Assembly: GCA_003427395.1 (NCBI GenBank)
Contig: BFEA01000010.1
Span: forward strand, 3,856,888 to 3,920,887
DNA: 64,000 bases
Origin: Chara braunii
Lineage: Eukaryota > Plantae > Charophyceae
Reading direction: 5' to 3'
The position numbers and the translations under genes were made by a program. How positions within the stretch are numbered: position 1 is the first letter of the stretch; every line of letters starts with the position of its first letter. A model generated the notes under the pieces. It saw only the letters and a list, made by a program, of their open reading frames with translations. It ran no database searches and was not told the origin of the DNA. Of the stretch, positions 33,069 through 46,083 are shown in pieces.

Positions 33069-36000
33069 AACAGACCCTGGGGACTGCAGTTCCCTCCAGT
33101 GCTGCATCTTCATCTATTCAGGTAGGTAAATCTGCAGTTGTTTCAGCTGAGACTGTTGGTGACGATATGTGTTTGGGGACTGCCCGGGCAGCATCCTTCT
33201 GCTATGAGGATCCTGACCCGGATCAGGACCCGGGGCAGGATGAGCTTCAGTCCATTGCTGCCTTCTTCTTCCACTTGAGAGAGCAGAAGAAGAAGGGTCT
33301 GTCTGAACTCATCATGCTTCGGCCACTGATCAACCGCACCAGGATCACTGGGCTTTTGGACTGTGGAGCCACCCGGAACTTCATATCTCCCAGTGCAGTC
33401 AAAAAACTGCATCTGGGTATGAAAGTTCAGCAGCTGCAGCAGCCGCTGCAAGTGCGGATTGGTGACTCTACAGTGATCAGCATCAGGGAGAAAGTCAAAG
33501 GCATTCCTGTGACCTTTGACATTGTGGGGAAAATCAGACACAGTCTGAACTTTTATGTCTTCCCTGAGTTGCCATTTGAGTTGGTGTTCTCCATGCAGTG
33601 TTTAAGGGCTGTCAACCCTAGGATCGACTGGCAGATTCCTAGAGTTGAGCTACCAGACCGCCAGGGTGTGTATCAGCAGTGCATGATTGCTGCTGAACAT
33701 CACCCTAAGACCTTCTGCTACTGCCTGAGAGCGAGGGGGTTCCATGCTCTCTCTCGCCAGTACCACCATGAGCCTCTGTTCATTGCTTTGGTCAAGCAAA
33801 CAGATGTTCCCCCTGTTTCCTGTCCTCCTGAGATACAGCAGGTAGTGGATCAGTATGCTGATCTGATGCAGGAGCCCTTTGGGTTACCCAACCGGCCAAC
33901 CAAGCATCACATCGAGCTGCTACCTGGAGCGATCCCTCCTAAGGGTCACGTCTATAGGATGTCCCCTGCTGAGCTCGAGGAGCTCAGAAAGCAGCTTGAG
34001 ACCCTGACCAGCAAGGGCTGGATCAGACCCAGCACATCTGAGTTCGGTGCACCTGTTCTCTTTGTACCTAAAAGGAACGGCGAGTTCAGGATGTGCATTG
34101 ACTACAGGGGCCTCAACAAGATCACTAGGAAGAGTAATGAGCCACTTCCCAGGATCGATGACCTCCTGGATATGGTGCAGGGCTGCACAGTGTTCAGCAA
34201 AGTCGACCTCAAGTCTGGCTACCACCAGATTGAGATGGCAGAGGAGGATGTCTACAAGACAGCCTTCAAGACCAGGTATGGAGCTTACGAGTTCCTGGTC
34301 ATGCCATTTGGACTTTGCAATGCCCCAGGCACATTACAGACAGAGATGCACCGCATCTTCAGGCCTTACCTGGACAAGTTTATGGTTATCTACCTGGATG
34401 ATATCCTGGTATTCAGCAAAACTGTCAGGGAACATGTGGAGCACTTGGCTCTAGTTCTTCAGTCGTTACGCGACAGCTAGTACAAGATCAACAGAGAGAA
34501 GTCCTCTTTTGGAGTTCCCTTTGTCATCTATCTGGGTCACGTAATCTCTGGAGATGGCCTGACTCTTGAAGCAACCAAGATTGTTGTTATTGAGGAGTGG
34601 CCCCAGCCACAGACAGTGAGGGATGTCCGGTCCTTCATGGGCTTGGCCTCCTACTACAGAAAGTTTGTCAGGAACTTTTCTGCAGTGGCCGCACCCCTGA
34701 CCAACCTAACAAAAAAGGACACTCCCTTTCTTTGATCCCTCCACTGTCAGCTGGCCTTCACACGACTCAAGAAGGCCTTGACTTGTGCGCCTGTACTAAA
34801 GTTACCTGACCCCACTCTGCCATTTATCCTGACCACTGACGCCAGTCAGTATGGTATTGGGGCAGTACTTGAGCAGGATGATGGGAATGGTCTACGGCCT
34901 GTGGAGTCTATGAATAAGAAGATCAAGACTCAAAAGCTTCAGGACCTCTACCTACGAGAAAGAGTTGTATGCTCTTGTCTGTGCCTTGAAACATTGGAAG
35001 CACTTTCTCCTGGGCAGGCACTTCAAGATCTTTTCAGATCACTCCACCCTACAGTGGATGAAGTCCCAGGGAGAGTTGAACGATAAACTGGCACGGTATA
35101 TTCAGTTCATAGACATGTTTGACTTTGAACTGAAACACAAGAAGGGCTGCTACAACAAGGTGGCAGATGCCCTCTCTCGTAGGCCTGACTCTTTTGCTCT
35201 GATCTCCTCTACTCACTCCTTTGGAGAGGAGACTCGTCAGACCATTGCTCATCTACTGCCTCAGGACGAGACTTTTGGACCCATTGTCAGGAATTTGCAA
35301 GCAGATCCTAACTCTGAACCAGGCTATGTTCTGAGTTCAGACCTGCTGTACACCTACAGCAGAGGTGAGGAGCGCTTGTTCATTCCCCAGGACCAGCGGC
35401 TCAGGACACTGCTGCTATCAGAGTGTCATGATGCCCGTGGACACTTCGGGTTCCTAAAGTCTTATGTAGCCTTGTCGCAACGCTTCTTCTGGAAGGAGAT
35501 GCGGAGTGAGATGCTGCGTTATGTGGACACCTGTGAGCTCTGCCAAAGGAACAAGGTTCAGCGTAAACCTCCTTTGGGACTACTCAAACCCTTACCCATA
35601 CCTGATTGCCCTGCCCAATCTGTGTCGATAGACTTCACAGATCTAGGCAAGACCACCCCTCGTGGCATGCGTTAGGTTATGGTCTGCGTGGACAAGTTCT
35701 CCAAATACGCAGAGTTCATCCCCTTGCCAGAGGTAGCTAGGGTACCGGCTGTGAGAGCAGCCTTCTCTGAGAGGTGGGTCACACACCATGGACCGCCCAC
35801 CTCTATCGTCAGTGATCGTGCCCCCAGATTTTGCAGCGATGAGTGGCAGTCCTACTGCAAGGACTATTTGCACTCACGTCTGGACATGACCTCTGGTCAT
35901 CATTCTGAAGCCAATGGATTGGCTGAGGTGATGAACCAAGTCTTGTTCCAGCTGTTGCGTCCTGTCATCTCTCCAGATCAACAGGACTGGGATCTTCACT

Positions 36001-36722
36001 TAGCGAGGGCATAACTCATGTATAACATGTCTGTCCACTCCTCGACAGGGTTCAGTCCCTACCGGTTACACTGGGGACGTGAACCGTGCCAGCCTCTCGA
36101 TGATATCATTGATAAGGCTAAGCCTGATCTGACACCAGGCACCGCAGAGTTCGCCAGACGCTATCGTCTGGATGTGGAAAGAGTCCGCGCGAACTTGTTC
36201 AAGGCCCAAAAGGCCATAATTGAACAAGTCAATCGCCACAGGCGGCCTTCCCCCATCCGTACTGGTGATCATGTCTGGGTGGCCAGTTCTGAGCTGTCAA
36301 GGGAGGAGGATATCTCCCCGAAGTTGCTGCCACGCTATTTGGGTCCGTGGCAGGTCTTAAATACAGTAGGCACTGACCCTTTCGGCCCGTCGTATGTTAT
36401 CGACGTCCTGCTGCATCTATGCACCTATCCGGTCTTCCATGCATCCAAGCTGCTGCCTTTCACGCCTGCTGATGCATTCCCTGACCGGCCCCCTCAATGG
36501 GGCCCACCAATCCTTGGTAAGGGATATGATGTGGTGGCCACTGAGGATGAGTGGGGCACAGGCCCCAACCGGCAGTATCTTGTCAGGTTCGCTTTCCAGC
36601 CCCCTTCTGAGAAACGGTGGTTCTACAGAAGAGACCTGATCAAGACAGCAAAGTCTGTTGTACTGCGCTATGAGGCGGCTCAGAAGGGTGACCTTCGCCG
36701 TTTGCCTCATCTGCACCCCTAG
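33059..36722 (+). pseudogene. Element C pol (PR-RT-RH-INT-chromodomain)
   Basis: [11 protein letters not shown]; [10 protein letters not shown]; [13 protein letters not shown]; HDARGHFG..CELCQRNK; SIDFTD, SDRAPRF; GPWQV; QYLVRF..EKRWF. Confidence 0.95.
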
Positions 36723-39700
36723 CTCGGAGGTCCTCGCTCCCGGGGAGGGTAAGCCTGCAATGACTTGCTGATTTCTATTGCCGAAATTAACAGCGGGGCT
36801 GTACACTAACCCGGTAGGTTAGATTCATAATTTTGTTTGGCAGAAGGCTAACCGAGAGACCTACCTGTAGGGAAATTCTTGAGGGACAGATCTGTAAATC
36901 TGGGAAAATATAGGCCAGTACTAACCTGAATTCCTACAGCTACCCTAACTGCTGATAGCAGGCCCGGGCTACCCCTAGGACAGACAGGCCCTAAGTGGCC
37001 TATGCTGCTAGACGGTCCTATAGCCTATACCCGGGTCCGGTAGAGGCCGAGAGGCCGAAACAGCAACGGTATCGGTCGATCAGTCAGTCCGGTCTAAGTC
37101 CTAGTAGTCTATAGATAGGTTAGGCCCATCGGTTCAGGACTTTTGGAAGTTCATTTCTCGCGAACAGCGTTGGAGAAGCCAAGCAAGTTGGTGGCGGTAC
37201 CTGTCTATCGGCGGCATCCTGAGACAGACCGCAACAACGACCATAGCCGGCCCTCTCTGAGCTTGCCACACTTGGGGCACCCTCAGCGCATCTACCCCTG
37301 GGGGTATCTGCGTATGGCCGGGCTATGTTGAGGCTCTACATTGAGTGGTTCGTGGGTGGTGGCAGCCATAGCTGCTTGTTCCTTCGTCAGGGTTGTCCAT
37401 CGGCACTGAAGACTTCATCGCAGAACCTGTTCTTCATCAGGGTGGTTGGCGCTGGCCTCTTAGAGGCTATTCAGATGCAGCGCTACTAACTGGGTGTAGG
37501 ATAGAGAGTGGGGTGTGAGTTCTGAGTGTGGCGAGATACTGGAACAAACTCTGTTACGATAACTGTGTGAGTGGTTCAGCATCAGTGACAGTTTCAATTG
37601 TGATCTTCGCAGGTTCTTTCTTGTAATTGGTTGTTGGGAGTTGTGTCAGAGAGCGAGAAACACTGTGTGTCTTCTCCCCTGCTGTGCATAATTGTCTTCC
37701 GCTGTTTATCTTCACCTATGTGCAATGTGGACTCTGTCTCCTCTCTCCCCATCTCTTGTGCATGTATGGGCATGTATGAGACTGTCTGTGTGTGAGTGGT
37801 GAGAAAATTCGTCAAACAACCAAGATCATAACACTATGTTCGTCACTCACCCAACTTTGTTGTTCACACACACAGGATCACCCTGGATATCCCACACGCG
37901 ACACACTGTACACACACACACACACACACACATACACTACACCCTTCTTCCAGCTATGGCGGCTATGGCAGCTACTACCTCTACCGCTATGTCTAAACTC
38001 TCCTTCTTGCCCACTTCGTCTTCGGGCATACTGCAGACCACCTCGCACAAGTCGCTGTGGCAGCACTTCCGCATGGCTTACGCAAGAGTGAATGAATGGT
38101 TGGGCGTTGCCTCTTGATTTATACTTTTGCAACACGTTGGTCTGCCCCTTTCCCATGCCCGTGGTGCACACAGTCCCATACGGTACTTGCTTGACCAGAC
38201 TAGGACTGATTGGGATTGGGTACCGCTGACTCAGCACAGGTGGACTCCACCACTTGCCCACTTGCCTCTGGACTACTAGACTTGGCCCTTCGACACTGTA
38301 GCAGCTACGACCTTGACCCTTCAGGACTGTAGCAGCTACGACCTTGACCTTTCAAAAGTCCTACAGCTACAACTTCTAGGACCTACTAAGACCTACAAAC
38401 AACAGGTCTACAGATCGAACCCCTACCACCTACGGACCCTACGACAATCTACCAATTGTTACGAATACACAGATCACGGGTTCAACTATCGGGGTTGACA
38501 CAGATACTGTACACAGGTAAGGTGAGGACTAGGGATCGAACCCTGGGATCTGCATCCGCTACTGCGAACAGGTGAATACCATTTCACTCCCACCGTCCTA
38601 AATTTGAGGTCCTCCGAGAATAATTCAGTCAAAGGCAGGACCTTTACCTTTCTTATCTCTCTCGTAGGCTCTAACTATGTCGGGAGCTGTTTCTAGGCGT
38701 TCTATTCTTGTAAACCAGCGGTCGTCCTCTCGTTCGTGATAAGCAAACTGGACCTTATATTGTTTTTGTGAACGACCTCTACTTCGTGTTCTAAGCACGT
38801 CTTCACCTACAATTCCGTCAATGTCGTACCTTCCGTCCATGTCGGGGGGGATCATGGACCTTCTAGATGAAAATTGTTGACTTGTGACACATGGCAACAA
38901 CTTCGACGCATGAAACATGGGGTAGGTGTGGAGGTGTGCTGGGATCTCTACTGTGTAGGACGACCCATCCTCTCTGCCCTTAACTTCTAAAACTGGCCAC
39001 GGTCCTCTATACGCGGGCAGTAACTTTTGTGAGATGTTTTCCTCAGGAGCAAACTCTTTGGACTTGACCTAGACCAGGTCGCCTACTTGAAACTGTGACG
39101 GGCGATGGTGCTTGTTAGCTTGTTCTATCATTCGATGCTGGGCCTTTTTGAGGTTCTTTACAACGGCAGCTAACTGTTTCTCGTGCTGTATCGTGAACTC
39201 TTTGGTACCGGGCGGTAACCTGTGAATCTGGTCTTGGTTAAGTCCCTCAAACGGTCTGCGCAGTCTAAAGGACTTGTGCAACTCATTGGGAGTGCGACAC
39301 GTGGCTAATTGCACGCTGTTATTATAGGCATTGGCTACCTTGGGCAACATCTCATCCCAATTGACTTGATCGGGTCTAATATACATACGCAGAACTGGGT
39401 ACAGGATCTTATTCATCTGTTCAGTCTGACCGTTAGTCTTGGGATGCCGGCCAGACGACATTAGCAACTTTGACCCATAGACTTTCATGAGTTCCTGCGA
39501 GTTCTGACTAGTGAACCGGGTGTCTCTGTCGCTAACTATAGACAACGGAATCCCATGATCACTAACCCAATAGTCAAAAAACTTATGAATTACTAATTCA
39601 GTGCGTGCCTCTGCAGGCAAAGGAACAAAAACTGCATATTTGCTAAATCTATCAACTATCACCATAACTTCGCTCTTTCCATGTCTGCTCTTAAAACCAG

Positions 39701-39752
39701 CATCCATGAAGTCGATGGAGACGGAATCCCCAGGCTGGTCAGGGATAGGCAA

Positions 39753-42700
39753 AGCCCCTACAATAGAAGGACGGGGTTGTTGCCATCCCACTAAGGCAGG
39801 AGGGGGACAGAATGGAGGTTGGTCTCTCCCCCAGTGCAAGGGGGGGTGACCCTCCCGGGATGGAGATTTGTTAACATTTGGTCCCTTCCCGGGCTGAGGG
39901 ATGGAGACTTTAGGAAAAAGGCGGAAGCCTTTTTGAGCCGCCATTACCCGGTCGGTATTCAGGCTATCCTTCCACAGTTTGAGGGGCTGATGAGGGTGGC
40001 CACCATAGATTTGTACGTTCTTTTTGAAGAGGACAAGGATTCAAACCTGGAATGGTTCAACCATGGTGCCTTAATGGAGCTCCCTCTTCAAAAAGTAAAA
40101 GCCAATCCCTTTTGGACTGAAGAGGATGTGCATACCTGTTTGGCGAGAATCCTCAGGAATGGACTGTTGTGCACAATCAACTGGTCCGAACGCCCATGGA
40201 TAAGAATTTGAACCGGACAGGAATTGATTGGGAATAAAAAATGGACGACATTGACGTCCTGTACGGCAGGGACCCCCGGTGGAGGGAGTGCCTTCGATGC
40301 GCGGATCTCGACCTGAGGTCCCTAAATGTGAATGGTTTGGCCTCCTTTAATCCCTCTAAGAAGCAAGCAATTTGGGATCAACTGAAGGGTGTGGGGGGAA
40401 GGGTATGGCCAGACGTCATCTACATCCAGGAGACGCATTTAATGGACAAGCCGGAGCACCACCGGGCCCATACGACGGTCTGGTCATACCAGGCCTTCAG
40501 GGCACACGCAGTAACCCCGGGATCGTCGGGGTTGGCAATCTGGGTACCGCCAGAATCCCGACTCGAGGTGGTTAACTGGACGGGGGATGAGGAACAAGAG
40601 AAGTGGGTGTCAGTCTTGGGAATGATGGAACTTGAGTTAGTATGTATTTTTTGCATCTACGCTCCCAACACAACAATCGACAAGAACCGTTTCTTCACCC
40701 ACCTCACAACCCTGGTACCACAGGGCGTCCCGATTGTTATTGCAGGGGACTTCAATGCCGCATCGGACAGATGGATGGACAGATGGCACATTCAATCGCC
40801 CTGTCCAAACTACATAGAGGAGGATGAGAAACTAATTGCAGACCTCTGCAGTACACTCAACTTGATTGATGCATACCGATATCTGCACCCGACGGAGAGA
40901 GCCTACACGTGCTTTCGCACCAATGACCCGTCAAGGCACTCAAAATCACGGATAGACTTGATTTTAATATCTGAGGAAATAAAAAATGCCCTACAGCGCA
41001 CAGTGATTTTGCCATTGAGCCCCCACCCCGGTCTGGATCACTGCTCATGTGGAGCTGTTTTCTCCTTTCGGAAGCGTCCAGACCAGTTCCCGGCTTACTA
41101 TAAACTTAATACGTCCCTGCTTAAAGATGATTCCTTTCTCACATACATTCGGGACGCCTGGGGATACTGGCGAGATTAAAGACCGATTTTTTATTCCGAG
41201 GTAAGATGGTTTACTAACGGGCTCTTTTTTTTTACCAAAAAATGTAAGGACTTCTCCAAACTTGTTGCGGCCAGACGAAATGCACATGAAATGGACATTC
41301 ACAGACAGTTTCACAACCTGGTCAACCAGGACAATTCTAGCGACCACACCCCGACGATTCAGAGGCTAAAAGAGCAACTCTTACAGATCGCAGCACACAG
41401 ATGGCAAGGAATCAGAATCCGAGGTAAGCTAAAATAATAGACTATCGAAGGCACCATGGACTCACAATTTTTCAGCATGGCATCAATAAGAGCACACCGC
41501 ACCGCCATTGAGGCCTTTATTGATCCCGTGACCAATGAACTGGTCACAACCACGGCCCATTGTGTAAGGATCGCCAGATCCTTCTATCAGGACCTCTTCG
41601 CCTCACACGTCCCATAGCAGACAAATGTCGACCGTCTTATAGAGATGGACGAATTCCTACGCCCGATGGAAACTGTCTCTCCCCCTCGCAGAAGGACAAA
41701 CTGGACCGTCATATCACTAAGGACGAAATTTGGACAACACTCATGCAAATGAATGAAGAGAAAACTCCGGGTCTAGATGTGTTCCCAAAAGAATTTTGGG
41801 AAGCCATGTGGCCCTTCCTCAGCGATGATTTGATGCTGTTCTACAAAGCGGTCTGGGAGTCGGGGGATTTGGGGGAATTGGCAGGGCAAGGGGTGTTGTC
41901 CCTGATTCACAAAAAGGAGACAAGATGAATATTCGCAACTACCGGCCAATTACTCTTTTGACGGTGGTCTACAAGATGTTGTCCAAAGCACTGGCAAATA
42001 GATTAATCGACGTAATCGAGGATCTCATCCACCCGGCCCAGACATGATTCCTCCGCAATAGGAATATTCAGGAGAATATACCGCTGATCAATGAGATGAT
42101 CAGCTTGGCGCAGCAATCCAAGAGCAATGCAGCCTTCATCTTCATCGATTTCGAAAAAGCATATGATCATGTTGACTGGCTATTCTTGGACAGATGTCTG
42201 GACCGAATGAGCTTCGGCACGGAGTTCCGACAATGGATAAATATATTGCACCAGAACGCAACCACAAGGGTGCAGATTAACGGCCCGGGTCCCTGGCTCC
42301 AGAAATAAAGTTACAACGCTCTGTGAGACAGGGTGACCCCATTGCCCCTTTCCTCTTCATCATCATAATGGAAGCATTGGCAGCCAATCTACGGCATAGC
42401 AAGGACCTGGCGAGGATTCGGATCATGGGCATCCCGGAGGACGCAATTCCGGTATGCTCCTGACCTGACGATCATGGTTGACGCCACACAAAACAATATG
42501 GAGGAAATTCACAGGCTAATGGACCGCTTCTGTCTCCTCTTGGACATGGCTGTCAACTGGGGACAAAAAAAGGCTGGTGGCTCCATCACCAAGGGGGGCG
42601 CCCCCCTGAGAGACAGCAGGTCACATGGGTGCCCCGGGAGACCCCAATCCGGGTTTTAGGGGTCAAGATGTCTGCAGAAGGAAGGACCCCGGAGAACGAC

Positions 42701-45237
42701 GAGTGGATCTCAGCCTCGGCCCTTGCTAAACTCTCCCAATTGAATCACAGGAACACGTCACTTTTCGGACGTGCGCTGATTATTAATAACGTGGTCCTCG
42801 CATCCCTATGGTACAAGGCTGTTCTTTGGCCACTGAGCGAAGGGGCCCTCAAGTCCCTGAAGAGAAAGGTGCCGACTTACCTTTGGAGGGGGGACAGCGA
42901 AAACCCCCACGCTATTAGCCGGGTCGCATGGGACTCGGTTACTCAGCCCAAGGCAAAGGGGGGCCTTGGTATCTTGGACCCCCTCACTCAGACACAGGCC
43001 CTTAGCCTACAATGGATAGTGAGGCTAATTTTCATGAACCCGCTGGTGTGGAGGCCCCTCGCCCTTCAACGTTTAGCTCGTTTTGCTCCAGAGGCCCCCC
43101 CCACTGTCCACCCGCTCCAGTGGTTGGATGATCGCTATTGGAGGGTACCGCGTAGCCCCCGAGGGGGCGCGAGAAGGGGAGATGACTTCTGGCCCCGACT
43201 GTTAAAAACCTGGAGAAGACTTCCCCCTCCGTGCCGCCCACCCCCGAGCAGGTGGGAGGAGGTGGCAAGACAACCCCTCTTCGGCAACCGCTGGATCACC
43301 AATGGTCAGAGTCAGATTTACTGCAATTCCGACCCCCCGTGGAAAGGATGGGTAAAAAATGGGGTAACACGCTGGGGGATCTATGGGACGCAGAAGAAAA
43401 CGATTGGAGGAGTCCGAGGGCAATGAGGGAGTATCTGAGATACTGTCATAACATTGAAGCTACGCTGGAAGAGATCATAGAAGCCCTCCCGGTGGGATGG
43501 AGGAGGATCCTATGCAGAGGGCCACTGCTACAGGATGGGGACTGGGTTTCTAAGGATGGGGTAAGGGCTAAAGTGGGGTGTGTGCACCAAACCCGACCGG
43601 AGGACGTATTGATAGAGTGGTTCCAGGTAAAGGAAAGTGGTCTGTTAGTAGGAAGCCGGGACCCTTTCCAATGGGTCCCCAAGGTGACCCTATACAGGAT
43701 CAGAATCATTGGCGAAGGAGAGAATCGGAGGGCATTTATGTCAGAGCTGGCCAAACAAGACCTGCCTATGGACCCGTTGGAATGGATCTGGACCCATAAG
43801 GAGCGCCACAAGTCGGGCCAATCCTCCACCACCACATTGGCGGACCTTTCTGTAAAAGCAACCTACCGAAAGATTAGAACTAAACGTTGCCTGGAAGAAG
43901 TCGTAATGGATAGATGGCAGAGGCACCTCAACGTGGACCGACAGCTCCTCACACCAATCCGGTGGTTTAGAGACACTAAGTGCAGACCTGCAAAGATCAC
44001 GTCATTGCAGTGGCAGATCCTGCACCACTGCCTGCCAACAAACGATTGGTTGATAGACCACTCCCAGCTGGAACAGCAGGGCCGGGCCCTCCCGTGATGC
44101 TTGCGCTGTCTGTCGGCCTTTCCTACGAAGAGGAGAGCGGAAACAATAGAGCACATTTTCCTACAGTGCCCGATAGCGGTTCTAACCTGGCGATGGTGGG
44201 ACAGAGTGTGGCAGCAAATGGTTCCTGGGCACCAATGGCCGTGGGATTGGCGTGCCATCCTCCTGGGACACTACTCGCCTCTCCAAGGAGACAATTTTGC
44301 CTGGAACATATTCCAGCTGGGCAGAAGAACGGTCCTGTGGGTTCTTTGGTGGCAACGCTGCGTTTGGTTTTTTACCAGGTTCGGGTGGAAGGTGAAGAGA
44401 GGGTGGAACAGTTCAAACACCACATTCATATGGAACTGGAGTCCAGATGGAAATCTGTCAAACTCACTCTTGACACCCTCCACAGGGCAACAGACATTAA
44501 GGACAGGATAACACAGTTCTCCAAGGAATGGCTGGGAGGGGAGCGAGAGGGATGGGTAGCAAAGGTATGTTGGTCAGGGGAAGGGATTGAAGAGGAGGGG
44601 ATCACGGTGCACCGGGATTATCATCTACAGTTTAAAGACTGGATGAATATCGACTGCAACGTCCCCCTGAGGCCTGCAAAAGACTTTCCGGACCCATTCC
44701 CGCCCCACCCACTGTCCCTGGAAATGAGGGTGATGGGCTAATTGGTTACTCTTACCGACAAAATCAATCGATACAACCTGCATATTCATTTTGCATGTCG
44801 CAGCCAGTTGGGTTTTGGTTAAAAAGTATATGCTTTTGTTGGTTTTGTTTGCTTGGTATGTGGGGCTGCAATATTGCTGCAGCTTTTCATCATTTTCGAG
44901 GCAGGGAGATGGAAGGAGAACCTACTGGTGCCCCCCAGAGGCTCCTCCCGGATCCCGGACCAGGCCCACGGCTCATGACACTTCTATACCTGCTCAGTCA
45001 ATCCTCTGCCTTCCAGAGTAATGAATGTTGGCAGGCATTTTCTACTTTTCTACTTTTCTACTTTACTTTCTCCTGAGACATTCTGATTACATTTTGTATA
45101 TGGGACGCTGGACCCGTTTTCCAGCAGGTGATGCTCCCCACCAATAGATGGAGCCTCTCCCCGGGTGGTAGAGGTGTCTGCTCTTATCAGCACCACTACC
45201 ACCGGGGGGGGTGTTTAAAAAAAAAAAAAAAAAAAAA
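39753..45237 (+). mobile_element. 5'-truncated L1/Tx1-type LINE inserted in D integrase
   Basis: Poly(A) 45217-45238; TSD aggcaa (39747-39752 / 45238-45243); removal restores LGLLRPLPIPDQPG of D integrase. Confidence 0.92.
40241..44741 (+). pseudogene. LINE ORF2 (APE endonuclease, RT, CCHC), decayed
   Basis: SLNVNGL, IQETH, IYAPN, GDFN, SRIDLIL, LDH; KTPGLD..EFW, NYRPITLL, IDFEKAYD, RQGDP; C..C..ETIEHIFLQCP. Confidence 0.93.
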
Positions 45238-45368
45238 AGGCAAGGGTCGAAGAAGACCTAGAGGGGCATACGTAGTTGTCTTATTTATTTGGCATACTTT
45301 GCAACTGCGAACATATTCTATGCAGTCGGCTTTCATTCCCGGCCAAGTGTACGCACGCATCAGATTGG

Positions 45369-46083
45369 CTAAAGTCTTTTACCAACCAAAATGTCCCTCT
45401 GTATCATGGCATTTCCCTAGGATCAGGCTACGGGTCTCCTCACTGTTGGGAACGCACAGACGTTCCACTACATTGGTCTTCTCGAATAATAGTCCCTCTG
45501 TAGTGTGGTAATCTGGTTCGGTCTCTGGGGTCATTTAACTCTCTTGAGGAGGTCACTATAAACAGGGTCATGCGCATATGCCTGTCGTACTTTCTCTTGC
45601 AGGTTTGTCTCTATGTCGAGATAGTGGAGTATAGCTCCAAAGTAGTCTGATCTCCTACTTAGAGCATCCGCAACTACATTGTACTTGCCTTTGACCAGTT
45701 TGGGCTCAAAGTCATACTGATCTATCTAAAGTCTTTTACCAACCAAAATGTCCCTCTGTATCATGGCATTCCCCTAGGATCAGGCTACGGGTCTCCTCAC
45801 TGTTGGGAACGCATAGACGGTCCACTACATTGGTCTTCTCGAATAATAGTCCCTCTGTAGTGTGATAATCTGGTTCAGTCTCTGGGGCCTCTTAACTCTC
45901 TTGAGGAGGTCACTATAAACAGGGTCTTGCGCATATGCCTGTCGTACTTTGTCTTGCGGGTTTGTCCCTATGTCGAGATAGTGGAGTATAGCTCCAAAGT
46001 AGCCTGATCTCCTACTTTGATCATCCGCAACTACATTGTACTTGCCCTTGACCGGTTTGGGCTCAAAGTCATACTGATCTATC
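45369..46083. repeat. ~357-bp tandem duplication in D pol
   Basis: ctaaagtctttt..ccaaccaaaatgtccctctg...gtcatactgatctatct occurs twice. Confidence 0.88.

Larger units (their letters stand above)
29037..37833 (+). mobile_element. Element C: near-complete chromovirus-type Ty3/gypsy retrotransposon
   Basis: Highly similar LTRs 29037-29909 (first ~68 bp missing) and 36893-37833 (TG..CA); PBS tggtatcggagc at 29912; purine-rich tract before 36893. Confidence 0.93.

Noticed and set aside
38521-38594. Functional tRNA gene
   Set aside because: Lacks canonical connector spacing and a 7-nt anticodon loop; kept only as a tRNA-like finding.
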